Shown one piece after another: positions 13,401-25,500 of a DNA stretch of 64,000 bases. The translations under genes and the position numbers were made by a program. This DNA is from Flectonema sp. DT1601 (taxonomy: Eukaryota). The stretch is taken from NCBI GenBank assembly GCA_964019425.1, contig OZ025803.1:186001-250000 (forward strand), written 5' to 3'. Every line of letters begins with the position of its first letter. The stretch's first letter is position 1. The notes under the pieces are model-generated. The model searched no databases. It worked only from the letters and a program-made list of their open reading frames with translations, and was not told where the DNA came from.

Positions 13401-13499
13401 CCTCTGCAGAGAAATAGTTGCATGGCGACACGAACCTTGTCTAAAGAAATGAATTGAACATAGTACAGGAATACCACCAGAAAGATGCTTTAGTCTGTA
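10447..13499 (+). repeat. Tandem array of 16 units (15 x 189 bp, one 219-bp variant at ~13122) derived from the upstream region and 5' coding sequence of the adjacent RING-CH gene
   Basis: AATACCAGCGTTGTC recurs at 10476, 10665, 10854 ... 12933, 13122, 13341, then at 13530 ahead of the intact gene. Units are nearly identical and have no unique spacers. Confidence 0.97.
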
Positions 13500-13545
13500 T
13501 GAGTAAAACAAGAATAAGTTATATTTTTTAATACCAGCGTTGTCA

Positions 13546-14142
13546 ATGTCTCAAAACAGTGACATCACTGTGTGTTCGATCTGCTATGGAGATGAACTCC
13601 CTCTAATAACGGATATTTGCAGCTGCAGGGGAACAGTTGCATGGCGACACGAACCTTGTCTAAAGAAATGGATTGAACATAGTACGAGTAAAGGAATACC
13701 ACCAGAAGATGCTTTAGTCTGTTCCCTGTGCAAGATGCCTTACAAACATTATTTTGAGGAATATAAATTAACGAAAACGATAATTATTAAAATCGTGTTT
13801 CAATTTACTTTTGGACTATTTCTAATTATATTATCGAGGGCTTTGGTTGATATCCTCATTGGAAAGTTACCACATCTCCTAATGCCATTAATCGACTGTG
13901 TCGTTAAGATTACCAGTGATAATCATTTCCAATACGAAGACCTGTCTCTTTCAATTACAAAATGCTTTGAACAATCTTCAGCAGTCATCGCGGAGGCGAT
14001 GGGAATCCTGATAGCTCAATGCATCTTTTTTTTATTCTTATTTTACAATGGTTGTACGTACATAATGAAATCTTGGTACACAGTTCGAGGATCCAACGAT
14101 TCAACTGTTTCGCTGCTAAGGTTCAGAATTAATGAAAAGTGA
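13546..14142 (+). CDS. RING-CH (RINGv, MARCH-like) E3 ubiquitin ligase with two TM segments
   Basis: CSIC..CSC..HEPC..W..CSLC (C4HC3) followed by two hydrophobic helices; ATG at 13546. Confidence 0.85.
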   Translation: MSQNSDITVCSICYGDELPLITDICSCRGTVAWRHEPCLKKWIEHSTSKGIPPEDALVCSLCKMPYKHYFEEYKLTKTIIIKIVFQFTFGLFLIILSRALVDILIGKLPHLLMPLIDCVVKITSDNHFQYEDLSLSITKCFEQSSAVIAEAMGILIAQCIFFLFLFYNGCTYIMKSWYTVRGSNDSTVSLLRFRINEK

Positions 14143-14337
14143 TGAACCTCACTTTCTTATAACAATTGAATTCCATTTGGGTGAGGGTTATTTTTCTTTT
14201 TTTAATTCCAATAAAACGATAACATAAAACTTTTTAAGATCCATTAAAGTATTATTTACCTTTACTAAACTGATGGAATGTTGGAAGTTGCATTGAAATC
14301 ACATAACTTCAACTCATATCAGGGGAAAAATAACTTA

Positions 14338-16026
14338 ATGAAAACATTACCAACCTACGTGTCCCTGTTTCTATCTGCGACTGCTGTCGCTATTGCGACT
14401 AATCCTCAGGTGACAACAAGCGGTGGAGTTGTTGAGGGAAATGCCCTTCCGGGAGCGAATGAGTTCCTGGGTATGAAGTTTGCAGATGCTGAAAGATACG
14501 AAAGACCTGTTGACTTTACGGGAAAGTATCCTCAACAGCCATTAATTGCAAAGGATTTTCAATTAGCGTGCATGCAAGTTGGCAACAGTGCCAACGAAAC
14601 CTACGGATCTGAAGATTGTCTTTTCATGAACGTTTGGCAGCCTTCTGATGCCAAACCTGGTGATAAACTCCCAGTTTTGGTATTCATTTATGGAGGTTCC
14701 AACATGTTTGGTGAAGCAGAGGCTTACAATGGATCAGCTATGCCAGTTCGTCACAATGTTGTTTACGCTTCTTTAGCTTATCGAACTGGTCCTATTGGAT
14801 GGATGGCATTCGAAGAGGACTTCACATCTGGTAAGACTACTGGTAATTATGGACAGTTAGATCAGCAATCGGCTCTTCGTTGGGTTCAACGTGAAATTCA
14901 TAATTTTGGTGGAGATCCAGATAAAGTATCAATTCATGGTCAGTCATCAGGTGCTGCATGTACTGCCCTTCACCTGGTCATGCCGGAATCTAAAAACTTA
15001 CTCAGAGGACTGATCTCTGAATCTGGAGGACTTAGTGCCAACACAAACATCAACGGCTCCATTCAACATAGTCACAAGATAGCTTCTGATATTGGCTGTT
15101 CATCTTCTTCTTCTTTAAAGAAATGTCTCCAACAGACATCGCCAATCAACTTAACAAAGTACACTTACAAATTCGGTTGGGGACCTGTTGTTGATTCTGT
15201 TACGATACCTGACGTACCAATAAAGTTAGTAATGGAAGGAAAGGTTAATAATATTTCCGTGATAATGGGAGCTCAAACAAACGATACGATGAGAGAACTT
15301 ATGAAACTTTACACAAAACACGATGGGACAATTCGTCCTATTTCTTCAATTGAGTTTAGGATACTAGCAGGTGAAGCAGCTCCTCGTCAATTTCACGAAA
15401 GACTATTCGATTTGTACACTCCAACGACGACAGCATCAGTGACAAACGTTCAGCTTCTGGGTAGCGTGACAAGCGATAAGTCATTGTGTGCTAGCAGAAG
15501 AACCTGCAATGAAATAAATAAACAACTTGGAAAGGTATTTATGTACCGCTTCAACTACTTCTACCAAAGTAATCCTCAGTGTACTGCAGAACCAAACTAT
15601 CATCCTTCATTCCTGGGAGCTATTCATGAAGATGAAGTCACGTTTGTAATGGGACAGCCGATATTTATGTTTCAAGGATCTTGTTGTGGTAAGTGGGGTG
15701 CTAAACTTCAGAGAGAACCATGTCCACAACTCCCACAATGTACGAATTGTTTTAACACTTCACTAGGAACAGGATATCACGCTTACTTCAATGACAAAGA
15801 ATGGGATTTCTCTCAGACAGTAGGAGGCTACTGGGCTCAATTTGCTCGCACTGGTAGTCCGAACATGAACGATAAGATTACATGGCCTGTGTTCTCTACT
15901 GATGAAGAGCTAACTCATAATATTGTACTTGACGCTGATCTCACTGGAGGATCTGTCATTGAGAGCACTCTTTATAATAATGATCAAATTTGCAAATTTT
16001 GGGACGACGTTTCAAACAACAACTAA
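14338..16026 (+). CDS. Secreted type-B carboxylesterase (cholinesterase-like alpha/beta hydrolase)
   Basis: Signal peptide from Met at 14338; SEDCLFMNVW, FIYGGS, NYGQLDQ, FGGDP, GQSSG nucleophile, AIHEDE. Confidence 0.92.
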   Translation: MKTLPTYVSLFLSATAVAIATNPQVTTSGGVVEGNALPGANEFLGMKFADAERYERPVDFTGKYPQQPLIAKDFQLACMQVGNSANETYGSEDCLFMNVWQPSDAKPGDKLPVLVFIYGGSNMFGEAEAYNGSAMPVRHNVVYASLAYRTGPIGWMAFEEDFTSGKTTGNYGQLDQQSALRWVQREIHNFGGDPDKVSIHGQSSGAACTALHLVMPESKNLLRGLISESGGLSANTNINGSIQHSHKIASDIGCSSSSSLKKCLQQTSPINLTKYTYKFGWGPVVDSVTIPDVPIKLVMEGKVNNISVIMGAQTNDTMRELMKLYTKHDGTIRPISSIEFRILAGEAAPRQFHERLFDLYTPTTTASVTNVQLLGSVTSDKSLCASRRTCNEINKQLGKVFMYRFNYFYQSNPQCTAEPNYHPSFLGAIHEDEVTFVMGQPIFMFQGSCCGKWGAKLQREPCPQLPQCTNCFNTSLGTGYHAYFNDKEWDFSQTVGGYWAQFARTGSPNMNDKITWPVFSTDEELTHNIVLDADLTGGSVIESTLYNNDQICKFWDDVSNNN

Positions 16027-16413
16027 TATTCGGTAACAGTTGTAGTGTTTTCACCCCCTTTTCCCCCTTCCCTTGTTCGCTCAATTAATCTTACGAGTCT
16101 ATCCTTTTATGGATTCTCTGTATTGAATGGGTCTCTCTTCGTCACAGATATCTTCTCGTTGTTATTAGTGTAGGGTCATAAAAACTGTCGTGGAATCGAC
16201 CGTGACGGTACTCTGCAACTCATCTCATGGTTTTTTTTTCTTTTTTTTTTCTTTTTTGATTAATTATTTTTGATTTCTTTCATTCACAGGATCTATACTA
16301 ATATGCGTCCTCGAAGTTGTCGAGAATTAGTTTCTGGATTTGTTCTGTTGACCTGATGAGAACCCACATTGAGACATTAATATTATTATTCCCTTCTACT
16401 AGGTGACTCTCTC

Positions 16414-17493
16414 ATGCCGCTTGAACTTAATTTCAAGCAACCCTCATATGCTGCATCGCTTGAGAAAGTTGTATACAAGGACGGTGTAACCGCTGCTGAC
16501 TTCAGTGCTTTTGAGACATTGCAAAAGAATGTGATTCCTGGATGTACGTGTACTGTTGATGGTGATTTGAATTTATTATTTTATACGATATTCGGTGATG
16601 GCAGTAATTTCATGAAAGATTGGAGAAAGGCGAGGGAAGATTTTAATTTTAATATCGCGGCGTGGGCGATGGCTGATGAAAAATGTTGTGGCACGAGAAT
16701 GTTCAAGTGCACTACAAACGTTACTGAAACCATATTTAAAAAACAAACTCCATTTAACGAACGAGAAAGATTCACTTGTTGGTCTACCGGAAATGCTAAC
16801 TTCTTAAGAGTTCATTTCTCGTCGATGACTCCGCAAGTGACCTCCGGGAAAAGTTTTCGAATCGAATCTTGCATTGAAGGAAAAGAAGAGGGAGGAATCA
16901 TAACACTGAAAGTTTACCGTCATATTCATTTCATGGCCAGTGTAGTTATGGAAAGTATAATAAAGAAAGTTGCGGCTTCTGAATTGCAAATCAGCTACAC
17001 CAAATTTATAAACTTAGCGAAGACTCAAATGAAAAAGGCTTTTAAAGGGAAAAAGGGTCAGACGTCACCAACTCAACAAGCAGCTGTTGAAGTTGAAGAA
17101 GCAGAAGACTCAAATAAGAGTGAAACAGGTGAGGATCAAGGAGTCGTAATAGCTGCTGGTGTCGGTGGTCTTGTTGTTGTCATGTTGATGTTGGTTTTCT
17201 TTACTCGATCGAGAAAGTCATCACCAAGTTCTCCTTATGACGTGTTGTTAGATCCAAAACTAGCATCATCATTTGGACTCCAAGGTCTCGACGATCTCAA
17301 ACACGCGCTTCTCAGTGAACTCGGCCACGGTCATATCCCAATTGAGATTAGCACCTCTCGTATTGTTCAGATCCTTCTCAGAGAAGGAGAACAAGTCCAA
17401 TCACTTGCTAGTGAAGCAGAGCTGTACGTCACAATGTGTCTGTTGCTTACTTTTGCTTCTGTTGGTATTTTGTTATATGCATCTCTAAAGTAA
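16414..17493 (+). CDS. VASt (StART-like lipid-binding) domain protein with C-terminal TM segments
   Basis: LFYTIFGDGSNF..W..RMFK..SSMTPQVTSGKSFRIE resembles the VASt pattern; two hydrophobic segments follow. Confidence 0.7.
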   Translation: MPLELNFKQPSYAASLEKVVYKDGVTAADFSAFETLQKNVIPGCTCTVDGDLNLLFYTIFGDGSNFMKDWRKAREDFNFNIAAWAMADEKCCGTRMFKCTTNVTETIFKKQTPFNERERFTCWSTGNANFLRVHFSSMTPQVTSGKSFRIESCIEGKEEGGIITLKVYRHIHFMASVVMESIIKKVAASELQISYTKFINLAKTQMKKAFKGKKGQTSPTQQAAVEVEEAEDSNKSETGEDQGVVIAAGVGGLVVVMLMLVFFTRSRKSSPSSPYDVLLDPKLASSFGLQGLDDLKHALLSELGHGHIPIEISTSRIVQILLREGEQVQSLASEAELYVTMCLLLTFASVGILLYASLK

Positions 17494-17698
17494 TCACCTG
17501 CTTGATATATTCTTATTGTCTTGAAATGATCAGGAAAATGTTCTGTCTCATTACACAGTATCCTTCTTCCTAATAAATTGATACTCGATTAACGACAAGG
17601 TTGCAAGAAACACTCTAGGGAGAAAAAAAAAAAAAAAAAAAAAAAAGAGAGAGGGATATGACATGCTGTGACTATATTTATATTTATTATTTCGTATA

Positions 17699-19360
17699 TT
17701 AGTCATTCCAAAAATAACCGGCCGCGAAAACCAGTTTTGCTTCGAGCAGCCATTGGTCAAAAATGCATCCATTTTCGAGATTTTTTATGAGGTGGAAAGG
17801 TTCGGCCCCAATCTCTGATTTTACGCGGTGGGATTATTTTTTTTTCACTTTTTTTACTGACCGTTAGAACCCGACAGGTGCGTTATGGGTACTAAGAGAA
17901 TGTCACTGTCGGCATGGAAAAGTTAATCCTGTTGCTGCATTTAATTTTTTTCTGGAAAAAAAAGGGAAATGCATCAGAGATTGGCATTTTTTCTCGTAAC
18001 TACACTTATTATTCCCTTCAGCACCAGCTTAAACTTCTCTCAATGAAGTGTCACACGTGCCACGAGATGCCAGCTGAGTGCTCCTCAGACAACTACAACT
18101 GCACCTCGCACACTAACGCGAAAAGACGGAATCCGAAGTTCAACAAGCTTCTTGAGCCACTTCGCGGTAGTCTTGAAATCCCGGCGTATGCTCCTCTGCG
18201 CTCAATCTGCAACGCTTGCTACTAGCGAGCAAAAAGGCTGACTAGTGATCCGCATTACGCATCCGTCAGTATCCCTGCAGAGCCGATCAATCCGGAACCG
18301 CTCTCAGATATTTTTGAACGCGTGAAAGAATCAGTTCCTGCTGTCCGTTCTCAGTTTTTGAGACTCTGTCTCACGCTAGGCTACACTGATAGCCAGATTA
18401 ATGCCCATGTCAGGGATTCTTCAATGCGTAAGCAGCTACAGAGGCTGGAACAGCACGATCCCTCCCAATCAGTAAAGCAGCGCAGCCAAGACAGAGATAT
18501 CTGGAACTTCTGGATTTCCAATGCACGCCCTGAGTCAAACCGCGTGGTCCTCAGCAAAGACTACATAACCGGCGAGACAAGTAAAGAGACAGTCCTCTAT
18601 GTAAGAGAACCATACCTTGCCTTGTGGAGTGCCTTCTGCAGAACTCACACAGCTATCTCATATCCTCAGTTTTGTGACAAAAGGCCTGCTCATGTCAAAT
18701 CTTGTCCGAATAACCCTCGATGCCGTTGCAGGTGGCACATGCAAATTGCACTTATCCTTCCTGCTTATATAAGACTTGTGGGCCTGAGAAGATTTCAGCT
18801 AACCCGCTTGAGTGACCACCTACCACTCATACTATGTCGAGACCCGTCTTACAACTGCTTCTTTGGCCACTGAATCTAGTTCTAGTTCCAGTTTCAGATC
18901 GCTGCGTTCAACTAGTTCTATTATCGGTTCATTGCCGGTAGGAAAACGAAGAAAGCCAGCAGTAAAAGTTGCCAAAAGAGCTAAGCCTAATCAAAAATAA
19001 AAATAGGCTAAGTGTAGTGTAAGATGTACAAGGTACTGTTTTGCTTCGAGCAGCCTTTGTAACTGTTTCAGAGTAAAACATCCGACCAGGTACGGCCGGA
19101 TATAGAACCATATACCGATCTTTCATTTTAGCACCCGGGGCAGCCGATTAGACATCAACAGTTCCATTATTCAAAATTTTCACCACACAAAAATGTCACA
19201 ATTTTTTTGAATTTTAGCTGCATTTTTTTGAATCGCAGCGGGAATGAAATCAGCGGTGCAAAAGCGATTAAAATGGGTATTCGGTTTTAAGTTTTACTCC
19301 CTATTTTCACCTATGAAATACTGGAACCCTAAAATGGACGGTTATTTTTGGAATGACTAA
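17699..19360 (+). mobile_element. Non-autonomous TIR DNA transposon (~1.66 kb) carrying a broken transposase-like ORF
   Basis: Perfect 22-bp TIR TTAGTCATTCCAAAAATAACCG (17699-17720 / 19339-19360), flanked on both sides by TATA. Confidence 0.88.
18043..19000 (+). pseudogene. Transposase-like pseudogene; N-terminal Cys/His region resembles Sola2-type transposases, catalytic domain apparently deleted
   Basis: One frame 18043-18873 with a single premature TAG at 18223; motif LW..F...H..IS...F...RP.HV......CRCRWH; basic NLS-like tail KRRKPAVKVAKRAK in another frame. Confidence 0.6.
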
Positions 19361-19568
19361 TATATATTAGAAAGGGGGAAAAATAAAATAAAAAAATAAA
19401 ATAAAGGGACAGAGTTCATTTACTTTATTTATATATTATGGAACTTATTCGGTTTCCTCTTCTTGTGTTTTATAGATGACGTTTATCGTCTGTTTTTATT
19501 AGAAATTTAAAAAAAATGTTGTTGTTTAATTATTTCTTATTTAGTTAAATATAAAATGCGTTGGTGTG

Positions 19569-22500
19569 ATGACAACAGTGTCAGAAGTTTCAGTTGTCGC
19601 AGCCATCTCAACTATTTGTACTCTCAATTTCGATGACCTAATTGACAATAGTGACATACCTTTATCAATCCCACTGACAGCTCGTGCTAAATTATTAAGT
19701 TGCGGAGAATCTCATGTGTGTATTGGTCCAGTTAGGGAGAATTGCTTCGTTCTTCAAAGCGAATCCAAAGGAGAAATTTTAATAAATGAATCTCGAAAAG
19801 AGGTATTTGTTGGAGGAAAACCAAATTTAATATCATATCTACGTCAGAATTGCACCTACAAGATTGTGATTTTTATAAAGTCACACAATACTACTATTCA
19901 TATCAGAACTCCTCCTGTTATTGAAATCCATCGACTGTTACAAGTCGGTAGGCAGATCGCACAAATAACATTCACGAGGCCGATTGAAACTATTGCAACT
20001 CACACTCAGCTTCCAGCTGCAATAAACAGACAAGAAATTGCCAAGCGAGCAAGAGATCTTGTTCAACAAAAAAAAAACTCCGATTCCGAATTAGAGTTGC
20101 AAGCAACTACCATTCCAGACACAAATTCAGACATCGAAATGCCAGTCATTGGTCACGTTATAGGAAGCAGGATGGCAGCAGCTGCATGCTTCATGTATAA
20201 GAATCAAGCACAAGTAAACGCAAACGCTCATTCACCCAATCGAAGGGGTGATCTCATTATCGGAAAACCACCGCGAGACTTACATCCAACTGTTAAAGCT
20301 GCAAGCGATTGGAAAATAATGAATTCATGCAATGACCCTACTCGTATTCTGGTTGATAAACTGTGTGGGGTTCATTCGGTAGCCGTCCCGCAGATTGAAA
20401 ATTCAACTTCGGTACCGCAGTCGGATGTTGTGAAAGAAGTTCTTCCCGTTTTGAAAAAAAGACTTCCGAAGCTGGAGGCAGTCTGTCAGCAACCGTCAAA
20501 CTCTGTATCAGTAATTACTGGCTCTCAGTCGCAGTATGCTACGGATCTTTATGAGGTGTTTTTTGAGTCTATGTCAACCCGAAAAAAGATATTTGTTCAC
20601 TCGACTAATTGTTCTGTGTTATGCTCAGGACTCGAACCCGCGACCTACTACGCAACAAGAGTTCGAAGTAGGTGTGAAGTCACTCGAGTATTTAGTCCGT
20701 GGTCAGAACGAAGAGTATTCACAACATCTGCAGGAATTGTATTTTCTGTGAGTGAAGTACTTCATAACAGCGTCTTGTTGGAGTGGCGAGTAGGTGAGAT
20801 ACCAGAATCTACTGAAGGTAACAGCAAGGCAATCCTTGACCAAGAACTCACATCACATTCATCAGACAATAGCTGCAGCATCGCTATTGTTATCTCACCT
20901 GCTGATGAGGATCAACTCAAGTCGGAAAATACTTTTCGATTTACTACAATTGGTCTCTCAAATGATGAGCTGAAATCCAGCCATCGATTTACTGAATTAT
21001 TACAAAACACAAAATATAATGGGGTGTTGACATGTACTCCTGATGAACTATTTCATGGTGTTAGTGAGTACAAAGTTGAATTTTGCACTCCACTGAAGCC
21101 GAGGCTTCGAAAAAAGAAACAAAACACCGGTGGTGGTATTGAGAACTCAGCAGCCGCCCTCGCTGCGATTCAAAGCAAGGAGGGCGGACTTGGGTCTAGA
21201 AATGTGAGGTACGATCGAAGTTTGCCATCTCATTTTCGAAAAAAGCAGGAAAGACTACAACCTCTATTCAGTTCCCTTCCAGCTACCCCAACTGAAGTAC
21301 CTCCTGTTGAGACATTGGAAACTCCAACATTCGATGCGAGTGTCGTTCAGCCAGTTGTTTCATCTCCGTTAACGTTACCGACAAAACAGTCTCCTCATAT
21401 TTCCCCTACTAAGAAAACAGATTATACATCGTTGATACTTCAGCAGAGTGAAAGTGGAAGTCCATCTGCTCCAATTGACCCTTCAGAAGAAGACAATCAA
21501 TCACAAAGACATAGTCTAAGTAGTAGTGTTAGTGACACAGACAGTTCGACAGAGAGTGAGCCTATGAGGGTGGTACTGAATCCTGTCACGAAGGTGTTTT
21601 TGATTTCTGCTGAGGAACACGCTCTGACATTCGGATGGAGAGGAGACATCCCTGGGACTTCATCAACTAATTATAGAATTAGAATATTTACGATGGCTAC
21701 TGGTAAAACTATTCTACCTTGGGGATTCTGTCATGAGAATCCAAACAAAAGAGTAACAATGAAATCAATTGACGAATATCCATCAGTCCTACCAGGACAA
21801 GACGTAGACGACCCGAGAAGAACATTCGAATCGACTCTCAGTTCTTCAGTATCACAGTACAGAATACCTGAACTTCGACCTAATGCTAAATATGGAGTAA
21901 AAATGTGTTGTTACGATCCTATTGGCAATCACTGGCTTCCCTGGTCTCCCGCAGAAATTCTACAGACGCTAAAAGTTGCTGAGTTGTCAATTACGCAGGT
22001 GTGTTATCTTTTTTATTAATAAGCCTGTCTGTGACTCCTTTGTGTTGGATCTTCTTCATATAAAAGTAACTAAACAGATACGTTATAATAGTGTATCCCT
22101 GAAGCCATCGACTCAGGGTGAAGGAAGGACTGAACTTCGGATTGCGATTTATGACGGAGGGACTGCTCAGAATTTGAGATCTCATTTCGAACCAAATGCC
22201 GAACCATGCGTTGAAGATTTATCTGGTAATTGTCGCTACGTATTCGAAGCAAGACATCAACAAGAGAATGGATGGGGGTCTTGGAGTAATAAAGTTCAAC
22301 TCGCATATCGTTGTGTCCCTATCGAACTCAGTCCATACGGAGAAGATAATATTGAGATCTCCTGGTCACAGAAAGACTTAGCACAAGCACCTGTTGGAAT
22401 CACGACGAAGTATTTTATTGTTATAAAAGCTCTCTCGGCTAAGAAGGTTGAGGACATAGAATTAGATCATCTACCAACAAAGGGACGTCATCGTCTTACT

Positions 22501-25500
22501 GGTTTACAACAGGATCGATATAGGATTACATTCTTACAGGTTTTAGAAATTACTGACGAGGCCAGTTGGGCTTCGATTTCGAAGTACTTTTGGATTGAAA
22601 AGTATGCAGCGATTGCTCTGATAAAACAATTCGATGTTTTAATATCAAAAATTGGTGAAGATTCCATAACATTGTTTGCTGTTCAGTCTTCAGACAAACA
22701 TCGAATACCGAAACCATACACCTTAGAGTCCTCAACTCTTGAACAGGAAAGACAATTTCTTCAAGTTATCGAAAAAGTTCGTTCACAAGGTGAAGTCGAT
22801 TCCATGGCGAAGGACATTCTAAAATTCGAAATAGCAATCACACGACTAGACAACGGTCAGCAGCAGACGAGACAATTTCAACCAACTGCCCAGTTGGGTG
22901 GAATTGTTTGTGGGTTTGTACCTGACAAACCATACTCTCTCAGACTTCGACCACAATTACAAGCAGGCTCTTCACAATATTGGGGAGCCTGGTCATCCCT
23001 AACAAGGTTTACAACTCTTAGTAAGCTACACTTAGAAGCTGATGTGGTTGGTGAGGATTTTGTTCACATCAGATGGTCGAGAACCGTTCCTTTCAAGACT
23101 GCTAGTGAAGTCCTCGAACACCAGGCAATTCAAAAGCTACTCGACCTCGGAACAATCGGTCTCGACGAAGAACAAAAACGCCAGCATGAAATCGATATTG
23201 AAAGCGAACGCGACATTTGGAAGTTCAGAAAAGATGAGCGCGACAAACGTCGCGCACGAAGACGCAAACGACGACGAGAGAAGTACCCTCACGAGAAGGA
23301 TCCTCCGGTCGATAAAATTATAAAACCGACTTCAGCTGGCGATAAAGCAGATGCCTGGACAGCTGTAATGCAGGAATTGGCATCTGCTGAAAATCGAGAA
23401 CGGATTAGAGCCAATCACCGAAAACAAAAAGCTCAAAAAGTACTCATTCAACAAGAATTCACTGACTCTCAGTTAGAGGCGAGAGAACAGTACATTCTTA
23501 AGAAACAACAGCTTCAGAGAAGTAAGACGGGTCCTGAAGCACTTCTTGATGTGGTCTTGACTGCTGATGAAGAAGCTCGATTTTCAATTCCACCAAATGA
23601 AGTAATCTCATCTGACAGTACTGATGATGCTGATGATCATCCTTATCTTCAATTCCTTTATAAGACTAACACAGATTACGAAGTTTGGATTAGAGTTGAA
23701 GGTGAGAAAGATCCGATATTAAGAAGAGTTACTTGGGATGAGGACCAGTTCTTAGTCCAAGGCCTAACTTCAGGAATCCGTCACGCAATAAAAGTACGAC
23801 AAGAAGCTCTAGCAACAGGATGGTCATTATGGAGTAATCACATAATGATACAAACACTTGCTGACATTAGAGTTAAGATTCATGAAGTTGGTGAAGAGTA
23901 TGTTAACTTATCCTGTTCACGTGCACCAGTTGAAGTTGGTGATGAAGGAGCCTGTGAAGACACTCAAGTGATTACTTTACAAGATGATGTAGGATCTGTT
24001 ACTGGTTATCAAGTTAGAATCACATTCCGTTCAAGTAGAGGATACACCACAACTCAACAAGGATTTCAAGTTATTAGAGATATCTCTCTTGATAAATTCC
24101 ACGACATATTTCTGGTTGGAGGATTACAAACTGATTCGCTGTACAGCATTTGTGTTCGTGTTAAGGTAATGTTATTATCCTTTCTTATTCTTCAAGACTG
24201 ATATTAAAAATCATAAAAAAAAACAAAACAAAACAGGTTCGAAACGAGTACTGGGGACAATGGTCAGAACTGGTGTCATTCAGAACTGCCAGACCAATCG
24301 GACTAACGATAACATCAGTGAGTGAGTCGTCGATAGAAATATCATGGATGAGACCTCCCTTAGATACGGTAGAGCCTCGTCAACCAATACTAGCTCTTAA
24401 TAGTGAAGGAGAGTATGAGGCAGTCTATCAAACTCAAATAGCTGTCTGTCACGCGATACTCTACTGGACAATTACAATTCAGGGAATGCTTCCTAATTCT
24501 GACATGACGAGTGATGATAAATGGGTTACTGGAAATCAGATAATCGAAGAACCCTTCCAAAAGAGTTCCAAAGAGATAACAAGACTACAACCTGATTCTG
24601 TTTATAGATTAACGGTACGATCTATTGACAGTGTTGGTATTATAAGTCCATATTCACCTCCTTATTATGTCGTCACAAAACCAAGTGTTACGTCAAAAAT
24701 CATCATTCTGGGTGAGCATTTCGGAGTCTTAAAAAGTGAGCGAGCTGTCCGTTGCACAGAAGTAGCGAATCTAAAAATAGTCGCAGAAAGATTCCTGAAA
24801 CTCACAGAGCAGAGATTGGCAGCTCAGCAGCCGACTGAGGGAAAGAAATCAAAGAAGATTGGAAAGAAAGTCAGACACCAGAAACAAGAATCGTCATCAG
24901 CTTCGATACCCACCTTGACAGATTCAAAAAATAAGTCTCCAGAAGAACTTTTATACGAAGAGGGAGCATCCGTCCTAATTGAAGATGGTAAGGATTTAGG
25001 TTTTGAGGTTCGTGTGATTCCATCAGAAGTTTGGGAAGAATCACAAAAGAAACCAATTATTGGAGAGAAGTGTCGATTCACTATCATCCCACCTGAAGCG
25101 TCAAACAAAATAGCAATCACGAGAACTGACTCTACGGATGTTAGAATCCTTCAAAACCTTGAACCTGGTATGTACATAATTAATGTTCTGATAGAAATCA
25201 CTTCAAGTCAATCCATACAAACAAAAACCAGGTTCAACATATGCCTGTGTCAGTCGAGCACTGCACCAGTGGTCATCCAAACAAAAATCATCAAAGCAAG
25301 ACTCTTCTGAGCATGCTGAATGGGGAGCCTGGTGTGAACCTGCTTTTATTGAAACACTTCCAGCACTCGAAGTTATATTAGTCAATGTTTATGAATACAG
25401 CATTGAATTTACTATTTCTAAGGGAAATCATTGTCCTACATCTCTTTATAATTTTACTGGAACTACTAGTTTTCTGTATCAGTGTGCGATAAATGAGAAT

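Noticed and set aside
10447..13499. CRISPR array
   Set aside because: Units are identical end to end with no unique spacers, derive from the neighbouring gene, and no cas genes are present in this eukaryotic context.
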